From Octopus sinensis (taxonomy: Eukaryota): a stretch of 64,000 nt of DNA. The DNA lies in the NCBI RefSeq assembly GCF_006345805.1, contig NC_043002.1, positions 89,404,001 to 89,468,000 of the forward strand, in the 5' to 3' direction. Below are positions 58,501 through 64,000 of this stretch, piece after piece; the first letter of the stretch is position 1, and every line of letters starts with the position of its first letter. Position numbers and translations under genes: made by a program. Below the pieces are notes generated by a model that did no database searches, was not told the DNA's origin, and saw only the letters and a list, made by a program, of their open reading frames with translations.

Positions 58501-61500
58501 AAGAGTGGATGTAAAAACAAAGACGATGAAATGTATGGTATAATATAAATACAGAGTAACTGGAGCTGGAATAGTTTTACTCATTCACAGCTCAACTACA
58601 ACTGAACAACAACAACAATATAAGCAAAGTTAGAATTTTAAAGAGTTGCAGTTTTCATTTACCAATCTGAAGAAGACCTTTGACAGAGTACCACATTCTA
58701 CAAAGGGGTGCTGAAAAGTTACTGACTTTAGGTAAAAGAAACTACAGTAGAATCAATAAATTATGATTTTATTGAACTCATTCCCCTCTCAAATTCACAC
58801 ACTTATTGCAGTGGTCCTTCAGTTTTTCTAAGCCCAGTAAAAGAACCCGTAAGGTTGGGTCTCCAACCAGGCCTTTCACAACACCCTTAAAGCCACAAAC
58901 TTTTCAGCAGCCCCTTGTATTGTCTGATGGTCTTTAAGAAAAATAGGTGTAAATGACAGGCTTGTGAGAGTTAGCAATAAGCTTAGTGAAGAATTTATTG
59001 TACAAGTCGATGTCCACCAAGAATTAGTTCTCCGCCCACTCTGTTTATGATAATTCTCTAGGATGTAACAGAAGACAGAAAAGTTTAACCACTTAGCATT
59101 CAGATGATTCTGTCAAATGTAATGCTTATTTATTCACATTGTTTTGAATTAATCATGCAGACTGGCATAGTAAGGTAGGTGTAAGAGGCTAGATCTGGCT
59201 GCTTTGAACATTAAATGGATAAAATATTTGGGCCAGTTTAAATAGCGGTTTACAGGAATTCTTGTATACTGATGACCTAGTTTCTATAGGTTTGTTGAAG
59301 AATTAGTGAAGAAATTTCAGATATGGAAACAAAACATAAAATCACAAGACTTCAAAGTAAACTTAGTAAAAACTGAAGTTTTAATATAAAAAAAGAGATA
59401 AGACAGGAACTGGCTACCATAAGAAATGTCTACTCAACATGCGGAAAAGGGGCAAGTAGAAAGCCCTTATCTTTCTAATGCTTTGAGAGGTCCCATATAA
59501 GTGGAAGTTGTTGACAGTTTCTGTTATCTGACTTTATGAAAAATGGCAGAGCATGCTCTGAGAACATAATGACAAGATTAAGAACAAGATGAAAAAAGTT
59601 AAGGGAGCTATTACTTCTGCTGACAACAAAGAGCTTCTCTCTTTGAGTGGAAGGCAGATTGTATAATGCTAGTGTATAAAGTGCAACATTGCATGGTAGC
59701 AAGACAGGGGGAAATGTGTAGAGTTTAGAAAGTAAGTGCGCTCTATTAGATATGTAATGTTAGCATTCATGAACAAGGCACAGGGTAATTTGTGAGAAAA
59801 ACTGGGTTTATAACAGGAAACAGATGCAAGAGAGATGATCATGTTGGTACAGAGACATAATGTGTATAGAGGAGGAAAGTTGGGTAAATAAGTTTCAGGA
59901 GATCTAAATAAAACACATGTAGCAGGAGAAGACCAAGGAAGACATGAGCGGAAGTGGTGGAAGCTCCTCCCATGATTCAAAACTTCACAAAGGAGGTAAC
60001 ATAGCAAGAGGCAAAATGCTGTGTCGGGAAGTATTCATACAACCCATACAAGTACAAAAATTTGTATGTAAAAATGACAATGATATTATTGGTTGGTTGT
60101 TCCTTCTTGAGCCATGCCTGGCTCATAAGGGCTGGTTTCTTGGCGTATAGGTTCCCCACCTGGATGGGACGCCAGTCTGTCGCAGGTGAGCTGCAAGATG
60201 CAGGAGGAAAGACTGAGAGAAAGTTGTGGCGAAAGAGTCAGCAGAAGTTTCGCCATTACCTTCTGCCAGAGCTGCATGGAGCTTAGGTGTTTCGCTCATA
60301 AACACACACATCGCCCAGTCTGAGATTCGAACCTGCAATCCCTTGACCGCGAGTCCGCTGCTCTAACCACTAGGCCATGTGCCTCCACGTAATGATATTA
60401 TTAGCCTTACTCTAAAACACGAAGCTCTAATAAACAAGGATTACCATTTCTCATTTAAGTTGAGTCAAATCAGTCTTCACTCAAACTAGAATAAGTCTGA
60501 AGATTCAGTTTCTTTTTCTTTTTGGAAAGATACAACAGTAATTTCTCATTACCTTCTGTTAGTTTATTTTTACAGTTTACTCTGCAAATCTTCTGCTCTC
60601 CCAAGCTTATCCTTGAGACACAGTGCCTTTGTAATCCTTAGGCACGAGGGCTGGTTCACTTGACACCAGGATATGTCTACACACTAATGGGCCTATGTGA
60701 TATATGTCTAAAGACCATCTTGTAGGCCTTAGCCAAGGACCATCTCACCTGTCTGGCACCTGTGCGGGTGGCACGTAAAAAGCACCCACTACACTCGTGG
60801 AGTGGTTGGCGTTAGGAAGGGCATCCAGCCGTAGAAACACTGCCAGATCAGATTGGGCCTGATGCAGCCTTCTGGCTTCACAGACCCCAGTTGAACCATC
60901 TAACCCATGCTAGCATGGAAAACGGACGCTAAATGATGATGATGATCATTTATCACCCCATTCTTATTCTGGCTACATTTTCAGTACATCTACCTCCACT
61001 TCTAATTAGATTACCTGAATAACAAAAACTATCAGTTGCTTTTAACGAAGCCACCAAACATTTGAAGTTTATTCTGAATGCATTCTTACTAATTACTCTT
61101 ATGCAACTGTACTGCTAAATCTACCCTCACATGATCTCTCTTTTACCGGAAAGTGTTCCCTTACTATGGAAGCACTCCGTCGGTTACGACGATGAGGGTT
61201 CCGGTTGATCCGAATCAACGGAACAGCCTGCACATGAAATTAACGTGTAAGTGGCTGAGCACTCCACAGACACGTGCACCCTTAACGTAGTTCTCGGGGA
61301 TTTTTTCAGCGTGACACAGAGAGTGACAAGGCCAGCCCCTTGAAATACAGGTACAACAGAAACAGGAAGTAAGAGTGAGAGAAAGTTGTGGTGAAAGAGT
61401 ACATCAGGGATCACCACCATCCCCTGCCGGAGCCTCGTGGAGCTTTTTAGGTGTTTTCGCTCAATAAACACTCACAACGCCCGGCCGGTCTGGGAATTGA

Positions 61501-63349
61501 AACCGCAATCCTATGACCGCGAGCCCGCTGCCCTAACCACTGGGCCATTGTACTGCTAATCATTAGATCCTCTTTCCCTGGCAGCTCATTTCTGATGTTC
61601 GTCATTCTCTTTTAACATTGACTTTTTCTATGTCCAGCCATTACAGTCTCTCTTTCTTACCAATATAATGAAAAACCCATTACCTGTGCAGTATCGTTGG
61701 TTGATCTTAATGGCAATCGACTTCCCTGACTGTTATCCCAAGATTGTGTTATCAATGTAGCGCTACTACTTAATCCTTCACTGGTGTGATTGTTACGACT
61801 GTGTGATGTGTAGATATGCATGCTGCCTCCCTCTTGCGATTCTTCCTCGGCAGAATCTTCAACTCCATTAGAAGAGATTCGAGGATGAACGCGCCCTTCA
61901 TCTGATTCCATATCAAGCTACAAACACAAAAAAAAAATTCAATGTTAAATAATTTAATAGAAGAAAGAAATGCAGTTGTAGTATTATGAAGATAATTCTG
62001 GAAGGAGAGGAGAGAAATGTGAATGTGTTGTAGTGAAGATAAACCAATGAGAGAAATGTGGCTGTGTTCTATAAGGAAAGTCAGGCAGAAGAGAGTAAGA
62101 CTAACACTCATTTCCGTTATAGAGATGTTAAGCATTTTTGGTTCAAAATGACAACATTTATGAAAATATCAAGAATATTGAACAGTTCATTATCATCATC
62201 ATCATCGATTAACATCTTTTTGATAATGAAACTTCAACACATTTTTAAATTTAGAAGATATAAACCCTATCGACTACTATTCATAAACATTTCACGGATC
62301 TTTTTGGTTTGAACGGCAGTTTTTTCTAGTGGTTTCATATGAAATTGTCACTCATAATTATGACCCTAGTATCGATCTATTGCATTTCAATCTCTTTTAG
62401 GGTTAAGAGTGGGGGGAAGGGTATCTTTTTTTTTCTTCACAAATATAAATAAACCCAATCTGTTTCTTAAATAAGGGACATATTCATACGGCACAGAATG
62501 TTATTTACCTCAATAGATGTCAGTGATTGGTTGAAATTGCAGAAATTGAAGAAAAAAAAACAACAAATATCTTACAAACTATAGAATTTTCTCAATAAAA
62601 CCAAGAGAAAAAGATGTTTTATAAACACATTCTACCAGTATACGAAGTTTAAAATTATTTAGTTACCTAGAAATTATGTTAAAAACTGCCGTTCAAACTG
62701 AAAAGATCCCATTTCACAAGTTGATTTACAATCATTAAAGTCTACAAATTTAGTTTACAGTGATTATGATTCTAACTAAAAGAATTCTCATTCCATTCAC
62801 CTTACCTTTCATTACTTGTGTTGTGTCAACCCCCACCCCAGGCTCCAAACTAATCACTTTCTCAGAACATCAGCACTTGGAATTTCCTTCCTGCTTCATA
62901 TCTTTCCCTCAAGTGTTGGTTTACAAAGGTTCAAGAACATTAATGGCATCAATCTCACTTGCCTAGGAGAGGGCCTGTGAAGGCCACAGGCACTACTGCC
63001 TCATCTAGGCCCAACAAGTAAAAAGTCAAGAGCAATTAATCTTAAAACACAGTAAAATACTTACTTGATATCGGAAGTATGTGTGTGGTGGCTGGTAAGT
63101 TTCCTGACCAAAATGACACACAAGTAATTCAACCAAATCATATTTTTCAGTACAGGTGTTTGTAGATATGTTTTTCTTATTGAGAAACACTTGTAAATCT
63201 TTGATTTTCCACTGCATCAAATCACTGCGAGTAAAATTTCCAGAAGCTAAAATCTGACACTTATGACACTGCCGAACAGGCTGTATATTGTTCCATTGTC
63301 GCTGGCAGCAAGACGAGCAGAAATATCGACCACAGTGGCAACAGGTTTT
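55363..63349 (-). CDS. RNF34: RNF34/RFFL (CARP)-like E3 ubiquitin ligase, FYVE-like + SAP + SAP + C3HC4 RING; 5' exon(s) beyond window end
   Basis: Phase-compatible exons 63349-63065, 61917-61684, 58088-57878 and 55544-55363 encode [69 protein letters not shown] and [48 protein letters not shown]. The symbol reflects probable co-orthology to vertebrate RNF34/RFFL. Confidence 0.93.
57148..57235. ncRNA. Inverted pair of hammerhead-like folds with CCGANGA core
   Basis: - strand 57148-57186 and + strand 57198-57235; stems I-III pair, GNRA stem II loops, U4 replaced by C in both. Confidence 0.6.
57358..57764. repeat. Fold-back inverted duplication
   Basis: 57358-57529 plus 57550-57568 are inverted relative to 57575-57764; 6-nt spacer. 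Confidence 0.93.
57878..58088 (-). CDS. RNF34: RNF34-like exon: SAP2
   Basis: ttgcag|AGT...AAA G|gtaatt; 211 bp, ends phase 1. Confidence 0.92.
58701..58917. mobile_element. Mariner-type MITE
   Basis: TA|CAAAGGGGTGCTGAAAAGTT ... AACTTTTCAGCAGCCCCTTG|TA. Confidence 0.8.
58960..59960 (+). mobile_element. RTE LINE RT-domain relic interrupted by a MITE fragment
   Basis: Degenerate VQVDVHQ..VL.PL and FLYTDDLV (YADD-like) motifs. Confidence 0.6.
60091..60390 (-). mobile_element. tRNA-Arg-like SINE with 12-bp TSD; related head at 61165-61550
   Basis: TGGCCTAGTGG A box, GGTTCGAATC B box; TSD AATGATATTATT at 60079-60090 and 60391-60402. Confidence 0.85.
61684..61917 (-). CDS. RNF34: RNF34-like exon: acidic/Ser-rich linker (LDMESDEG...DTAQ)
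   Basis: tttgtag|CTT...CAG|gtaatg; 234 bp open, phase 0-0, fits between flanking exons; low sequence conservation. Confidence 0.8.
62296..62709. mobile_element. Same Merlin-like MITE family, copy 2 (opposite orientation)
   Basis: TSD CATTTCAC at 62288-62295 and 62710-62717; internally the reverse complement of copy 1. Confidence 0.85.
63065..63349 (-). CDS. RNF34: RNF34-like exon: second half of FYVE-like zinc finger and SAP1
   Basis: aatgtag|AAA ACC TGT TGC...CAA|gtaagt on - strand; 285 bp, phase 0-0. Confidence 0.92.
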
Positions 63350-63426
63350 CTACATTAAAATGAATTGACACCATAATTAATTATCAGCAGGTAACATTGA
63401 AACATAAAACCAACAAATTAAAATCA

Positions 63427-64000
63427 TCTCTATATATATAAACGGCAAAATGTCTGTGTGTGTGTCCTTTATACAAATCCACAATTTTTCAGTTAGAGGG
63501 CTCGCACTTTCTATTTCTTTTTTGCCCACAAGGGGCTAAACTTAGAGATGACAGACAAATGGATTAAGTCGATTATATCGAACCCAGTGCATAACTGGTA
63601 CTTATTTAATCGACCCCGAAAAGATGAAAGGCAAAGTCGACCTCGGCGGAATTTGAACTCAGAACGTAACGGTAGACGAAATACTACTAAGCATTTCGCC
63701 CAGCATGCTAATGTTTCTGCCAGCTCACCGCCTTCAGTAGTCGCACTTTCTATGGTCATTCAAAACCGTCCAAGGGTGGTCGTGCACATCTTTACATTTT
63801 CTCAGTCACCACGCAAAGCCATTAAAAAATTAATAGAAGTGACTTTTTTGTGAATTTTCTATCCAAAACCCAATCAAAATGCCTGAAACTTGATACGCCA
63901 ATTGAATGCCAGCTAGCTGTATGTGATTGGTCAGAGATTTGGACAGTACTCGCATGTATGTGTGCAAGCACACAGCTGTATATGCATGCACTAGCACTAT
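63427..64000 (+). mobile_element. Second copy of the 38478 Helitron, interrupted by a SINE and cut by the window end
   Basis: Colinear with 38478-38810; SINE inserted at 63515-63740 with a 13-bp TSD. Confidence 0.82.

Overview
AT-rich eukaryotic genomic DNA, probably a coleoid cephalopod (Octopus sp.; inferred from the repeat landscape, not proven). It holds two convergent intron-rich genes. (1) 6-phosphogluconate dehydrogenase (PGD, + strand): 13 coding exons mapped between 22927 and 51929 give an open frame of about 478 aa with catalytic and NADP-binding motifs intact. The first 2-3 codons were not located, and exon 6 (67 bp) is present twice inside a ~1.08 kb tandem duplication. (2) An RNF34/RFFL-like FYVE-SAP-SAP-RING E3 ligase (- strand): 4 exons between 63349 and 55363, with the 5' end outside the window. 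Introns are filled with tRNA-derived SINEs, RTE and CRE LINE relics, mariner/pogo/piggyBac/Merlin-type elements, Helitrons and microsatellites. Most notable: several Penelope-like element (PLE) families carry hammerhead-ribozyme folds. One family combines a GIY-YIG ORF end, a tRNA-Arg-like Pol III module, (AAT)n and a minimal hammerhead (3 copies with an intact core). Other families keep the stems but have non-canonical cores. Several fold-back inverted duplications would form long intronic dsRNA. No prokaryotic features, CRISPR arrays, rRNA or convincing tRNA genes were found.
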